A program made the translations under genes and the position numbers. Positions 8,810-18,572 of a DNA stretch of 64,000 nt are shown here, piece by piece. The stretch comes from an uncultured Thermoplasmata archaeon (GTDB taxonomy: Archaea > Thermoplasmatota > Thermoplasmata > JAGHBH01): positions 46,348-110,347 of the forward strand of contig CAZROC010000001.1 in assembly GCA_964601625.1 (NCBI GenBank), read 5' to 3'. Position 1 is the first letter of the stretch, and every line of letters begins with the position of its first letter. The notes beneath the pieces are model-generated. The model was not told the DNA's origin, did no database searches, and was given only the letters and a program-made list of their open reading frames with translations.

Positions 8810-10054
8810 ATGGAAGAGAAAAAGAACCCGGTTGTCCTTGTGTTTGCCCCTTTTATGTGGTCAACGGGAAAGAAAGGGTACGGGATGCCATCAGTAGCTT
8901 ATCCTCTATATGGGCTGGCCAGGGATGGTTTTGTGGTTCATGTTTTACTTCCATCTATGAAGGGCAGCGAAGATAGGGTTGAGGAGGGGGTGCTTGTGCA
9001 TGAGAGATATTTTCCCTTTACTGAGGGGATGGTCTCCTACACGGGCTTGAGATATCTGTTCAACTTCATCTATTATTTTACTCTAACCCTCTACTTATTC
9101 TTTCGGGGGGTGGCGCTCGGAAAGAAAACCAAAGCGGATGTCATTTATGGCCACACCCTGTATGCCATTCCCGCTGCATGGCTAGTTTCCAAAGTGCTGA
9201 ACAGGCCATATATATCCAGACTTTACGGGACCTATCTGTACCAGGAACTCGGTAAAAGAAAGAGACTGCTCAAATCGTTCGCGGAAGTGTTGGCCTTCAA
9301 GATACCTGCCGACAGGTACATCATAACTAACGACGGAACCAGGGGGGACAAAGTGGCAGAATATTTCGGGCTGCCAAAAGACCGGCTGCTCTTTTGGGTT
9401 AATGGTGTGGACATGAGACGGTTCTCCTCTGATGAGAGGGAAAAAGTCAGGAGGCAACTGGGAATAAGTGACGATGAGATTGTGGTCATTACTGCATCTC
9501 GTCTGGTCGGATGGAAGAGGGTGGATCTGGTACTAGACGCTTTTATTAAGGCTGCGAAGAGGGAGAAAACGCTGAGGCTTTTTATCGTGGGAGACGGACC
9601 CATGCGGAAATATCTGGAAAAAAAGGCCAGGGAGTCGGGAATGGGCAATCGGGTCACCTTCGTGGGGGAGGTCTCCTACAGGGAGGTGGAAAGATACATG
9701 AACGCCGCTGATATCTTCATGTCTGCTTATATGCATTCCAACGTGGGAAATCCATTACTGGAGGCGTTGAAGACAGGAAAAGCTATAATAACCATGAACA
9801 ACGGGGACACAGGCAGGTTCATCAGGGATGGAGAGACAGGCATTCTGGTGGAAGAGGAAGAGTGGAGTACCAAGGTTCCGGAGTTGCTGGTGGAACTTGC
9901 TAGGAACCCCAATTTGAGAGAACGGTTGTCAGAGAACGCCGCATCCTACGCCGATGAACACCTGTGGACATGGGATGAAAGGGTAAAGGCGGAAGTGGAG
10001 ATAATAAGGGGGATATATGAAAGGTACAGAAAGAGAAGGATAGAGAGTGTATAG
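8810..10054 (+). CDS. Glycosyltransferase family 4
   Basis: ASRLVGWKRVDLVLDAF...LFIVGDGP...NAADIFMSAY is the GT4 C-terminal domain pattern. Confidence 0.8.
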   Translation: MEEKKNPVVLVFAPFMWSTGKKGYGMPSVAYPLYGLARDGFVVHVLLPSMKGSEDRVEEGVLVHERYFPFTEGMVSYTGLRYLFNFIYYFTLTLYLFFRGVALGKKTKADVIYGHTLYAIPAAWLVSKVLNRPYISRLYGTYLYQELGKRKRLLKSFAEVLAFKIPADRYIITNDGTRGDKVAEYFGLPKDRLLFWVNGVDMRRFSSDEREKVRRQLGISDDEIVVITASRLVGWKRVDLVLDAFIKAAKREKTLRLFIVGDGPMRKYLEKKARESGMGNRVTFVGEVSYREVERYMNAADIFMSAYMHSNVGNPLLEALKTGKAIITMNNGDTGRFIRDGETGILVEEEEWSTKVPELLVELARNPNLRERLSENAASYADEHLWTWDERVKAEVEIIRGIYERYRKRRIESV

Positions 10055-10092
10055 GAAGGACATTAACGGGGGAGAGGAGGAACGTGGGAATC

Positions 10093-11283
10093 TCATTTTT
10101 CTCCCAGAACCCGGAAATATAACTCCTCCATTTTTAGAGAGTTCTTCTTCCAGTCTGCGTTTTCTCTCACCCATTCCAGGTTGTTTTTTATGGCGTTCTC
10201 TCTGAACTCTTCGTCTTCAACCGAGCGTATTATGTACTCCGAAATGGAGTGAATGTCCTGGGGGTCCACGAGGAAACCTGTTTTTCCGTGTTTTACCATC
10301 TCCCGGTTCCCGGGTATATCCGTGGCTATCACAACACAGCCGCAGGCCATTGCCTCGTACATTGAGAGGGGGCCCTGGTCTTTTTCAGGTATCATGACCG
10401 CCACGTCTGCCATGTTGTAATACACCGCCATCTGCTTGTGTGGAATAAAGTCACTCACAAAACGCGTTTTCTCCCTGACCCCCAGTTTACTGGCCAGCTT
10501 TTTCAGTTTCTTTTCGTACTTCTCTTCACCGCCAGCTCTCAACAGCACAAGGTACAGGTCCTGCCGGCCCGTGGTATCTATGGCATGAGCAAAACCAGCC
10601 AGTATCTTATCAATGTTGTAGAAGGGCGACATATTTCTGGGGCTGAGAACGACACGTGCGTCCTCGGGGATGTCCAGCGTTTCCCTGAGGGCCTCTGCCT
10701 CCGCTTTTCTTTCAGTGTTAAAAATAGAGAGGTCAACTCCCCACGGGAAGGCGTGTATTTTCTCCTCGGGGATGTTGAACCGCTTGGATATTAGCTTCTT
10801 TGCGTGGTTTACCAGGACGGTTATGGCCGCCGCCTCTTCAAACGCTTTTTTTCTCAGCTCATATCGTCTTTTCCCGAGTTTTTTCGTGAAAAAGTGCATG
10901 TAGTTTGTCACATGAGTAAGGCTCATCAGACCCCAGTTTGTCAGGATATATGGTCTGAAACCGGAGAGATAGGCGTATTCCCCGTATTTTGCCAGGTCGT
11001 GGGCGTGGAGTATGTCCGGTTTTATTTCTCCCAGAATCTTCTTTATTTCACGCACACGCACACGTCTGTTGACGGGTTCAATGAAGTTCTCGGCGTATCT
11101 GAGGTGGAAGAGGTGGTGAAAAGACACATCCGGGCGCAGCTTATTTTCTCCGGGAAAAGTGTAGGACAGGACGTGTACTTCCCATCCTATGTCGTTGAAG
11201 TAGTTGGCCCACCGCTGGACATGTACAGAGTTGGCGGGTCCGAGCAAAGCCACCTTCAGCCCTTCTTCTGCTGCATCCTTCAA
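10093..11283 (-). CDS. Glycosyltransferase family 4 (same subfamily as 23635..24789)
   Basis: MYEAMACGCVVIATDIPGNREMVKHGKTGFLV; the N-terminus ...NSVHVQRW... parallels ...SPHLQRW... of the GT at 23635. Confidence 0.8.
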   Translation of the reverse strand: MKDAAEEGLKVALLGPANSVHVQRWANYFNDIGWEVHVLSYTFPGENKLRPDVSFHHLFHLRYAENFIEPVNRRVRVREIKKILGEIKPDILHAHDLAKYGEYAYLSGFRPYILTNWGLMSLTHVTNYMHFFTKKLGKRRYELRKKAFEEAAAITVLVNHAKKLISKRFNIPEEKIHAFPWGVDLSIFNTERKAEAEALRETLDIPEDARVVLSPRNMSPFYNIDKILAGFAHAIDTTGRQDLYLVLLRAGGEEKYEKKLKKLASKLGVREKTRFVSDFIPHKQMAVYYNMADVAVMIPEKDQGPLSMYEAMACGCVVIATDIPGNREMVKHGKTGFLVDPQDIHSISEYIIRSVEDEEFRENAIKNNLEWVRENADWKKNSLKMEELYFRVLGEK

Positions 11284-12653
11284 CCCGTTTCCCCTCCTAC
11301 ACTATCAGGTGGTACACGGGAAACAACGTACTGGGTTTTTCCGGATGGGGCGGGGGGTATTCTGTCAACGATTTCAACCTCAACGTCAACGCTCTCGCCG
11401 ACCTCCCTCTGCACCACCGATTTTACCCACGCCAGGTTTTTGTCCGTTGGCCTTTGTTTTGGTTTGACAAATATCTTTATGTGATAGAGATCGCTCTGAT
11501 ATACCTGGAACTTTTCCATCCACTGTCCTTCTGGTAACTGGGTGAGAACAGCAAAAAGGAGACCGTGTATTCTCTTACCGTCCGGTGTTATAAGGTAGTC
11601 AGTTATTCGTCCCTCTATACCCCTCAAAAGAGAGAGGCCACGTCCACAAGAGCAGAGTTCTTCTCGTATGGCCGAGACGTCACCCACCCTGTATCGTATG
11701 AATGGCATTGAAAAATTTCTCAGATCCGTTATATATATTTCTCCCGTCTCCTCCACGACGCTTTCTCCGTCTTTTACCACTTCTACTATCACATTTTCCT
11801 CCGAGATGTGGAGACCTTCATGGCGATCACATTCATACGCCACCAGCGATGTCTCTCTGCCGCCGTAGCCGTCAAAGACATCACATTCAAACGTGGATGA
11901 GATGAAATCCCTCTGGAAATCGTGGAGTTTTTCTGCCGTGCTGAAAACCGCTTTGAGGGGTATCTTTATGTCGTGGGAATCAACGTACCTGGCAAACAGG
12001 AAGAGGGCGGATGCGTATCCCTTTATGGTCTTCGGTTTGAATTTCAGCACATCTCTGGCTATCTTTTCTAGGGCGTCGTCTCCGAGGTCGTATGCGCTGA
12101 AAATCTTTCTCCGCGCCACCGCTCTCTTGATTTTATATGACAGCCTCCGATGTGCGGCCAGGTCTATGGGAGCCCCCCATATCAGAACCTGTTTGTCGCC
12201 TATATGGTGTCCGCCCCACTCCATCCCCCGATAGTCAGCTGCAGAGCCCCAGCTGACTCTGTCCTTGGTGAGATAGAACTTAACCGGCTCTCCCGTTGTT
12301 CCACCCGTATAGAAGGCGGTGGTTCTGGGGAAAAGTTCGGGATTCAGGAGGTCTTCTGTGTGCTCCCTTATCTCCTTTTTTGTCAGTGGCGGAATCTTTT
12401 CTAGGTCTTTTATGGTTTTTATGTCGTCCGGTTTCAGGCCGCTGCTCCTGAGGAGACGGTGGTAGTATGGGACATTTTCGTAAGCAGTTTTTATCAGTCG
12501 TCTCAGTTCTTTTTGCTGGTGTTTCTTTATTTCTTCCGGGCTATGCCACTGGGTTTTTCGGAGAATTTTGAGGTATTTCATGTTCTTCGTGCCTCTCATG
12601 AGGTCAAAGGTTGGAAAGATTACCTTTTGAACGGTGAAGTTGTACACAGACAT
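11280..12653 (-). CDS. Phenylacetate-CoA-ligase-like / coenzyme F390 synthetase-like adenylate-forming enzyme (CapK-like)
   Basis: FYTGGTTGEPVKFYLT is the AMP-binding P-loop-like motif of the PaaK/F390 synthetase family. The size (~457 aa) and a paralog at 15953..17194 support the call. Confidence 0.65.
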   Translation of the reverse strand: MSVYNFTVQKVIFPTFDLMRGTKNMKYLKILRKTQWHSPEEIKKHQQKELRRLIKTAYENVPYYHRLLRSSGLKPDDIKTIKDLEKIPPLTKKEIREHTEDLLNPELFPRTTAFYTGGTTGEPVKFYLTKDRVSWGSAADYRGMEWGGHHIGDKQVLIWGAPIDLAAHRRLSYKIKRAVARRKIFSAYDLGDDALEKIARDVLKFKPKTIKGYASALFLFARYVDSHDIKIPLKAVFSTAEKLHDFQRDFISSTFECDVFDGYGGRETSLVAYECDRHEGLHISEENVIVEVVKDGESVVEETGEIYITDLRNFSMPFIRYRVGDVSAIREELCSCGRGLSLLRGIEGRITDYLITPDGKRIHGLLFAVLTQLPEGQWMEKFQVYQSDLYHIKIFVKPKQRPTDKNLAWVKSVVQREVGESVDVEVEIVDRIPPAPSGKTQYVVSRVPPDSVGGETG

Positions 12654-12668
12654 TCTTTATCCTCCTGT

Positions 12669-13442
12669 TTAGCTCCAGTCCGCCCGTCTCCAGTCATAAT
12701 TCTCTTTCACTACCTTCGCCGGGTTTCCCGCTATGAAAAGATTTCCTTTCTCAAAGCTCTTTGTGACGACAGAGCCCATTCCCACGAGTGTGACCGGGCC
12801 TATTCGCACCCCCATGTTAAATTTGCAACCGGCGCCTATCCACACGTGATCTCCTATGAAAATGGGAGCAGGTTTTCTGTCTGCTCCATGGGTCCAGAAA
12901 GAAGAATCTACACCACCTATTACACAGGCCCGTCCGATATATATGTCCCGTGATGTGTCAAAATAGTGTCTGTCTGTCACTTCGCACAGTTCTCCCAGAT
13001 TCTCATCGTATCTGCCGCGTATGCTGTTGAAATTTCCCATCCTCACATTCTTTCCTATGACTATCTCCCCACCGCCTTTTATTATGTTAAAACTCCCTAT
13101 CTTAACACCTCCTCTCAGAAGACCACTCCGGCCCCCCTTTTCTTTTGATGGGTCTATCCCGTGTTCGCCCACTTTGAAGAGTTTTACGTCTGTGACCAGG
13201 TTAAAGCACCCGATTGAGACAAAGTCCCCTATGTCCACGACGTCTGCGTCCAGCACACAGAGCCACCCTATCCTGCTTTTTTTTCCTATCTTCACACCCC
13301 TGCATATTCTGTAGGCGATTTTTCTCAGAGTGTTAAACGGGAGCAAAGATGCGAGCAATCTAGTCAGCCGGGGCTGCATGTTCTCTGCAAAACCATGGGG
13401 TGGACTTAATATTTTCTGAGCGGACAAGGGATGACAAAACAA
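12669..13442 (-). CDS. Hexapeptide-repeat (left-handed beta-helix) acetyltransferase, WcaF-like
   Basis: Hexapeptide repeats (IGDFVSIG, IGKNVRMG, IGDHVWIGAG, MGVRIGPVTLVG). An alternative start at the internal ATG (13379) is possible. Confidence 0.75.
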   Translation of the reverse strand: MFCHPLSAQKILSPPHGFAENMQPRLTRLLASLLPFNTLRKIAYRICRGVKIGKKSRIGWLCVLDADVVDIGDFVSIGCFNLVTDVKLFKVGEHGIDPSKEKGGRSGLLRGGVKIGSFNIIKGGGEIVIGKNVRMGNFNSIRGRYDENLGELCEVTDRHYFDTSRDIYIGRACVIGGVDSSFWTHGADRKPAPIFIGDHVWIGAGCKFNMGVRIGPVTLVGMGSVVTKSFEKGNLFIAGNPAKVVKENYDWRRADWS

Positions 13443-13524
13443 CCGACAGGATTATATAACCCATATTTCACACGTTTAGGATGTTTAAGTGTGTCTGGAA
13501 ACTTAAACCGGCGGAGGACGAGAA

Positions 13525-14748
13525 GTGAGAGTCTGTATGGTCTACCCCAAAGACCTCAGAACGCTGAGATACGATGGGCGTGTTTTAAAAGAGGCACAGA
13601 CACTTATTAAAGCAGGACATGATGTGATAATAGCTTGCGACGACCGGTCTTTTGATGTAGAAACCATATATGTGGACGGGGTCGGGATTAAATGCGCCGG
13701 GACCCGGGGGCGTAAATCGTTTGAGTGGCTGGCGGACCTGGTGGCACAGCACGTTGTCCACCTTTTTTCAAGGGCATTTCTTGACAGAGGTCTGAGTGTG
13801 AGACCGATGTACATCGGACTGTTGCTGGGCTTGAAAGCCGACGTTTATCATGCCCACGATCTCTCTGCGCTTCCCTCTGCTCTTTTTTGTGCCAGAATGA
13901 CGGAATCTCTTTGTGTCTATGACTCGCATGAATTCTTCCCCGGAGAAAAAAATTATAAATTACGAAGATTTTTTATACGATTTTTTGAAGGTTCTATGAT
14001 ACGGAGATGTGACGCTGTCATCACCGTAAACGATTCCATTGCGGGCCTGTTGAAAAAGATATACAGCCTGGAAAAGGAAGTGGTTGTTTTGCGCAACTTC
14101 CGCAAACAGACGCCGCTGGCCCGGAGCAACCTGTTGCGTGAAAATCTGGGCATACCCCCATCTGCCAGGATACTGATATATCACGGCAACCTGTCGCCGG
14201 ATAGGGGGGTCGAAAAACTCGTGGACGTGGCGAAACAGATGCCCGAGGTACACGTGGTCATGGTGGGGAATGGTGTTCTACGGGATTCCCTCATGAAAAG
14301 AGCCCGCTCTGAGGACGTAAAAAACATATCCTTCCGTGACAGAATAAAACAGGAAGACCTCATGAGGTATCTCTCCTCAGCAGACGTGGGTCTGCATCCC
14401 ATAGAGAACACCTGTCCCAACAACTATTACAGCCTGGGAAACAAGATAGGCGATTACATCATGGCTGGAATCCCCATCGCCGCTAGCGACTTCCCGGAGA
14501 TGAGAAAAATAATACTAGGAGAAGACATAGGCGTTGTGTTTGACCCCGACGATATAGAGAGCATTGTCAAAGCCCTCCGCTCCCTTCTGAGCAGCGACGC
14601 ATACGAAAAAAAGAGAAGAAACGTCCTATCCGTCAGAGAGAAATACTCGTGGGAAAACGAGGAGAAGAAACTGGTTAGACTTTACCGGGCTTTGGGCAAA
14701 AAACGGCTCTCTGCCAGAAGGCGATGTGAAAAAGAGGTGAGCGCTTGA
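13525..14748 (+). CDS. Glycosyltransferase family 4 (tandem paralog 1)
   Basis: EVHVVMVGNG...YYSLGNKIGDYIMAGIPIAASDFPEM is the GT4 C-terminal domain. Its stop overlaps the next GT start as ATGA (14745-14748). Confidence 0.8.
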   Translation: MRVCMVYPKDLRTLRYDGRVLKEAQTLIKAGHDVIIACDDRSFDVETIYVDGVGIKCAGTRGRKSFEWLADLVAQHVVHLFSRAFLDRGLSVRPMYIGLLLGLKADVYHAHDLSALPSALFCARMTESLCVYDSHEFFPGEKNYKLRRFFIRFFEGSMIRRCDAVITVNDSIAGLLKKIYSLEKEVVVLRNFRKQTPLARSNLLRENLGIPPSARILIYHGNLSPDRGVEKLVDVAKQMPEVHVVMVGNGVLRDSLMKRARSEDVKNISFRDRIKQEDLMRYLSSADVGLHPIENTCPNNYYSLGNKIGDYIMAGIPIAASDFPEMRKIILGEDIGVVFDPDDIESIVKALRSLLSSDAYEKKRRNVLSVREKYSWENEEKKLVRLYRALGKKRLSARRRCEKEVSA

Positions 14749-15956
14749 AAATATGCATGCTGCTCATGAACAAATACGAACTCCTGCTGACGGACTCGCG
14801 GGTGCTGAAAGAGGCAAAGAGTTTAACAGAGGCAGGGCATGAAGTTGTCATAGCATTATACGACGAGAGATACACAGAAGGATACGTTGACGCTTTTGGC
14901 GCGCCCATCAGGTGCGTGGGACTCGGAAAAGAGACCGGTGGAGGCAGGGGTGGTAAAAAACACGGGCACTGGACATATTCCCTCATAAAACTCCTCCCGG
15001 ACAGGGTCGCCGACTTCTTTTTCGGGATGGTTGAGAGGGCTCTTTTGTTCAGGATAAACAAGCGGTTTCTGGAAGTGGCGATATCAGAGGAACCAGATGT
15101 GTATCACGTCCACGATTATGTAGCGCTGCTCTCCGGGTGGATAGCAGCGAAGACCATTGGTGTGCCAGCCATATACGACTCCCACGAGTGCTATGTGTAC
15201 GTCCAGATGTCTCCCAAAAAAAGGCGTCTGGTCACATTGATGGAAGGAGTCATGGCCAGGCAATACGCCCGCATTATTACTGTAAACGAAACCTGTGCAA
15301 ATACGATAAAACGCGTTCACGGAGTCAAAAAGCCCGTCATCATCTCAAACTACGCCATGTATATACCTCAGACAAAAACCGATGTTCTGAGGAAAAAATA
15401 CGGTATACCGGAAGACAAAAAAATCGTCCTCTATGTTGGTGCACTCCAGGAGGGGCGGGGACTGTACACCGTGCTTGATGCTGCTCCCAGAATTGAAGAG
15501 TGCGTCTTCGTTCTCATGGGACCCGGGCCCCTCAGAAAAGAACTCGCCGGGGCTGTGAAAAAAAGAGGGCTTAAAAACGTTATAATCGCAGACCCCGTCC
15601 CTCCCACACAGTTGCTGGAGCACATCGCATCGGCTGATGTGGGCCTCTGTCTGATAGAGAACATTTCAAAGAGCTATTATTACAGTCTCCCGAACAAAAT
15701 AGGGGAATACATAATGGGTGGGATACCCATCGTAGTAAGCGATTTTCCGGAGATGAAAAAACCCGTCGTAAAATACAACATAGGAATAACCTGCGACCCG
15801 GAAGACCCCGAAGAGCTGGTCAGTGTGTTGAAAGAGTTGCTCAGACCGGAGGTTTACAGCGAAAAAATAAAACATATGGCTGATGCACAGAGAGAGTTCA
15901 ACTGGGAGAACGAGGCAAAAAAGCTCGTAGACCTCTACAACTCCCTCTCAAGTTAG
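14745..15956 (+). CDS. Glycosyltransferase family 4 (tandem paralog 2)
   Basis: YYYSLPNKIGEYIMGGIPIVVSDFPEM closely parallels the upstream GT. Confidence 0.8.
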   Translation: MKICMLLMNKYELLLTDSRVLKEAKSLTEAGHEVVIALYDERYTEGYVDAFGAPIRCVGLGKETGGGRGGKKHGHWTYSLIKLLPDRVADFFFGMVERALLFRINKRFLEVAISEEPDVYHVHDYVALLSGWIAAKTIGVPAIYDSHECYVYVQMSPKKRRLVTLMEGVMARQYARIITVNETCANTIKRVHGVKKPVIISNYAMYIPQTKTDVLRKKYGIPEDKKIVLYVGALQEGRGLYTVLDAAPRIEECVFVLMGPGPLRKELAGAVKKRGLKNVIIADPVPPTQLLEHIASADVGLCLIENISKSYYYSLPNKIGEYIMGGIPIVVSDFPEMKKPVVKYNIGITCDPEDPEELVSVLKELLRPEVYSEKIKHMADAQREFNWENEAKKLVDLYNSLSS

Positions 15957-17194
15957 AACGGCGGGGGAACGTTGCTTATAACATACCTGCTTTTTCCCGT
16001 TGGTGTCTTTGGTATGTCGTCCACGTACTCAAAGCTTATGCTGACATCTCTGTCAAACTTCCAGATGGTGTTTTTTATAAACACTTCATGTTCCTCACCC
16101 CACCCCTCTTTCTTTTGCACCTTTACCAGGATGTCAGTTTTGCTCTTTTGAATTATCTGGAAGGCGATCATGGGCAGATGAGCGGAGAGAAAGTGGTTGG
16201 CCAGCTCAGTTCCGTTAAAGACGGCGTTGTTTGTGACTATGTAGTCCGTGGTCCGGCCTTTCACCGGGCCAAGGAGGGGCAGTGTCCTGCCACAGGAACA
16301 TGGCTCTTCTTTCATGACGGCGACATCGTTGAGCCGGTATCTGATAAAGGGCATGGCATAGTTGAAAAGGTCCGTGGACACAACGACCCCCTCTTCTCCG
16401 GGTGACACGTTTTCTCCGTCTCTTATAAGCTCCAGGATGCTTCTGTCAACCGATATGTGAAAGCCCTCGTGTCTGTCGCACTCATATGTGTTCACCCCCC
16501 CGTCGTTCACACCGTAGTGGTCAAAACATTCTCCGAGAACCTCGTCTATAACCCTCCTGTACTCGGGGAGAAGCACCTCCGAAGTGGAAAAAACCGCCTT
16601 TTTTCTCATATCAATGCCACGCTTCTTTACGTGCAAAGCGAAATGATAGAGAGCAGAGGGCACCCCCCTGTATATTTGTATGTTTGATTTGTTTATTTTT
16701 TCTATGTACTCATCAAGTATTTCCTCGTTCCATCCTATGCACTCAAGAGTGAGATCGCTCCGGCCCAGGCCGCCTCCCGTAAAAGTCACTATCCGGTCTC
16801 CCTTTTTGTATCCCGCCCAGCGCCACCCCCTCAGCTGACAGCGCCCCGTTGCGTACATACTGTTTTTGGTGAGATAATACCTGAAACTGCGGCCCGTGGA
16901 ACCGCCGGTGTTGTGGACGTGCAACCCGAACTTTTCCTTGTTTCTGGCCAGGAAATCGGGGTTGTCCCTCATCATCTCCTTGTCCACAATGGGCAACTTT
17001 TGCAGGTCCGCCGCCGTTTTTATGTCGTCCGGTGTCAGACCCCGCTTTTTCATCTCCCTGTGCCAGAAAGGGACGTTCCTGTAGGCGTGTTTTATGAGGG
17101 CCCTCAGGAGTTTGTTCTGCAACGCCTCCAGATCCTCTTTTTTGGCCCACTGGTTTTTCTCAAAGTTTATGAGACGGGGGTTCGTTGTCAACAT
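15953..17194 (-). CDS. Coenzyme F390 synthetase-like / PaaK-like adenylate-forming enzyme (second copy)
   Basis: HVHNTGGSTGRSFRYYLT motif; collinear similarity to 11280..12653 (for example ...IRYRLNDVAVMKEEPCSCGRTLPLL vs ...IRYRVGDVSAIREELCSCGRGLSLL). Confidence 0.65.
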   Translation of the reverse strand: MLTTNPRLINFEKNQWAKKEDLEALQNKLLRALIKHAYRNVPFWHREMKKRGLTPDDIKTAADLQKLPIVDKEMMRDNPDFLARNKEKFGLHVHNTGGSTGRSFRYYLTKNSMYATGRCQLRGWRWAGYKKGDRIVTFTGGGLGRSDLTLECIGWNEEILDEYIEKINKSNIQIYRGVPSALYHFALHVKKRGIDMRKKAVFSTSEVLLPEYRRVIDEVLGECFDHYGVNDGGVNTYECDRHEGFHISVDRSILELIRDGENVSPGEEGVVVSTDLFNYAMPFIRYRLNDVAVMKEEPCSCGRTLPLLGPVKGRTTDYIVTNNAVFNGTELANHFLSAHLPMIAFQIIQKSKTDILVKVQKKEGWGEEHEVFIKNTIWKFDRDVSISFEYVDDIPKTPTGKSRYVISNVPPPF

Positions 17195-17365
17195 ATTAAA
17201 ACAAAGAGGGTATTAGGCGTATATATAAATTACTCGGGGGGGTTTCATTTATCTGCACAGTATGAGCCATACAGGCTCTCCAAAAAAATACTTATATGCT
17301 CGGCCGATGAAGGAATACAGGAAAAAATCCTGCGAACTGATAAAATACCTATAAAAGGTGAGACT

Positions 17366-18232
17366 GTGAATATAAAAGATGAGATTTACAAAAGGCTCCC
17401 GGACATAAACAGGGTGCGAACATACCACATGGACAAATATCGTAAATTCCTCGCGAATCTCTTGTCTAATAAAAACGTAGAAATCATACCCCTCAGAGAA
17501 TTCTCCAAACGCCCAACCGAAGATAAGATACTCCTAGGCATAAGACACGACGTTGATCACAGTTTAGAATCCGCTCTAAGGATGGCAAAGATAGAAGCGA
17601 AATTGGGCATACAAACGACATATTTTATACTCCACACTGCCCCCTACTATTTCAAGGTACAGGATGGAAAAATCGTGCGCAACGAATCCGTGATAGACAT
17701 TTTACGCACAATCCAGGACGAATACGGCCATGAAATAGGCTTTCACAATGACCTTCTAACCCTCCAGATAGTTTATAGAATAAGCCCAAGAGAGTATTTG
17801 AGAAAGGAACTATCTTATCTGAGAAAAAACGGCATTAAGATTGTAGGCACCGCCGCGCACGGTTCAAAGTATCACGACCATTATAAATACATCAATTACT
17901 ACTTTTTTAAGGAATGCGAAAAACCGCATCCAAACTTTCCGAATACAGATTATGTCCGCATCGGCGATAAAAAGGTCATATTTGAAAAGGGGACATTAAA
18001 AGAATTTGATCTTGAATACGAGGCGTATTTCTTACCATACGATTATTACTTTTCAGATTGCCAGACCGTTAGAGGAGGTAAACTATGGCACCCTGAGATG
18101 CTGGATATAAAAAAGATCCCCCTGAATTCCAGGATTCAAATATTAATCCACCCGTGCCGCTGGTACAGTTATCATGAACTGATTACTTCCATTAAAAAAC
18201 GCATATTGCATAAAATAAACGCCGAAAGATGA
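17366..18232 (+). CDS. Polysaccharide deacetylase-like protein (paralog of 3305..4111). The start is uncertain: GTG 17366 with a GGTGA Shine-Dalgarno, or ATG 17429
   Basis: LLGIRHDVDHSLESALRMAKIEAKLGIQTTYF; the long upstream ORF extension (from 16913) overlaps the convergent F390-like gene and is not credited. Confidence 0.5.
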   Translation: MNIKDEIYKRLPDINRVRTYHMDKYRKFLANLLSNKNVEIIPLREFSKRPTEDKILLGIRHDVDHSLESALRMAKIEAKLGIQTTYFILHTAPYYFKVQDGKIVRNESVIDILRTIQDEYGHEIGFHNDLLTLQIVYRISPREYLRKELSYLRKNGIKIVGTAAHGSKYHDHYKYINYYFFKECEKPHPNFPNTDYVRIGDKKVIFEKGTLKEFDLEYEAYFLPYDYYFSDCQTVRGGKLWHPEMLDIKKIPLNSRIQILIHPCRWYSYHELITSIKKRILHKINAER

Positions 18233-18572
18233 TGAACATGTCTTGTAGAAGGCCGTATTAAACCCTATGAGTGCGTCGTCATAGTGACCCCCACCCCGAG
18301 TTCAAAGAGATAACAGCAGAGTTGCTGAGAGAAAACGGCATAAAAGCTGTTGTTGACGGCCACAACATACTCAAAAAAGACGACATCTTGGCCACCGGGA
18401 TTGTATATGAGGGGATAGGGAGGTAAACGCAGTCAAAACCGAAAGGGAAATCCATGCCAAGTTCATCCCTCTCCCCTCTCAACAACCGACAGGAGGACCC
18501 TCTTTACCTCCTTCTTTCTTCGGCTCCCATCGCTTGAAGATCTCTATGATATATCACTCAACGGTAATACTT

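Noticed and set aside
16913-17365. N-terminal 150-codon extension of the deacetylase-like ORF
   Set aside because: It overlaps the convergent F390-synthetase-like gene. The paralog at 3305..4111 indicates the protein starts ~60 aa before the IRHDVDH motif, i.e. near 17366.
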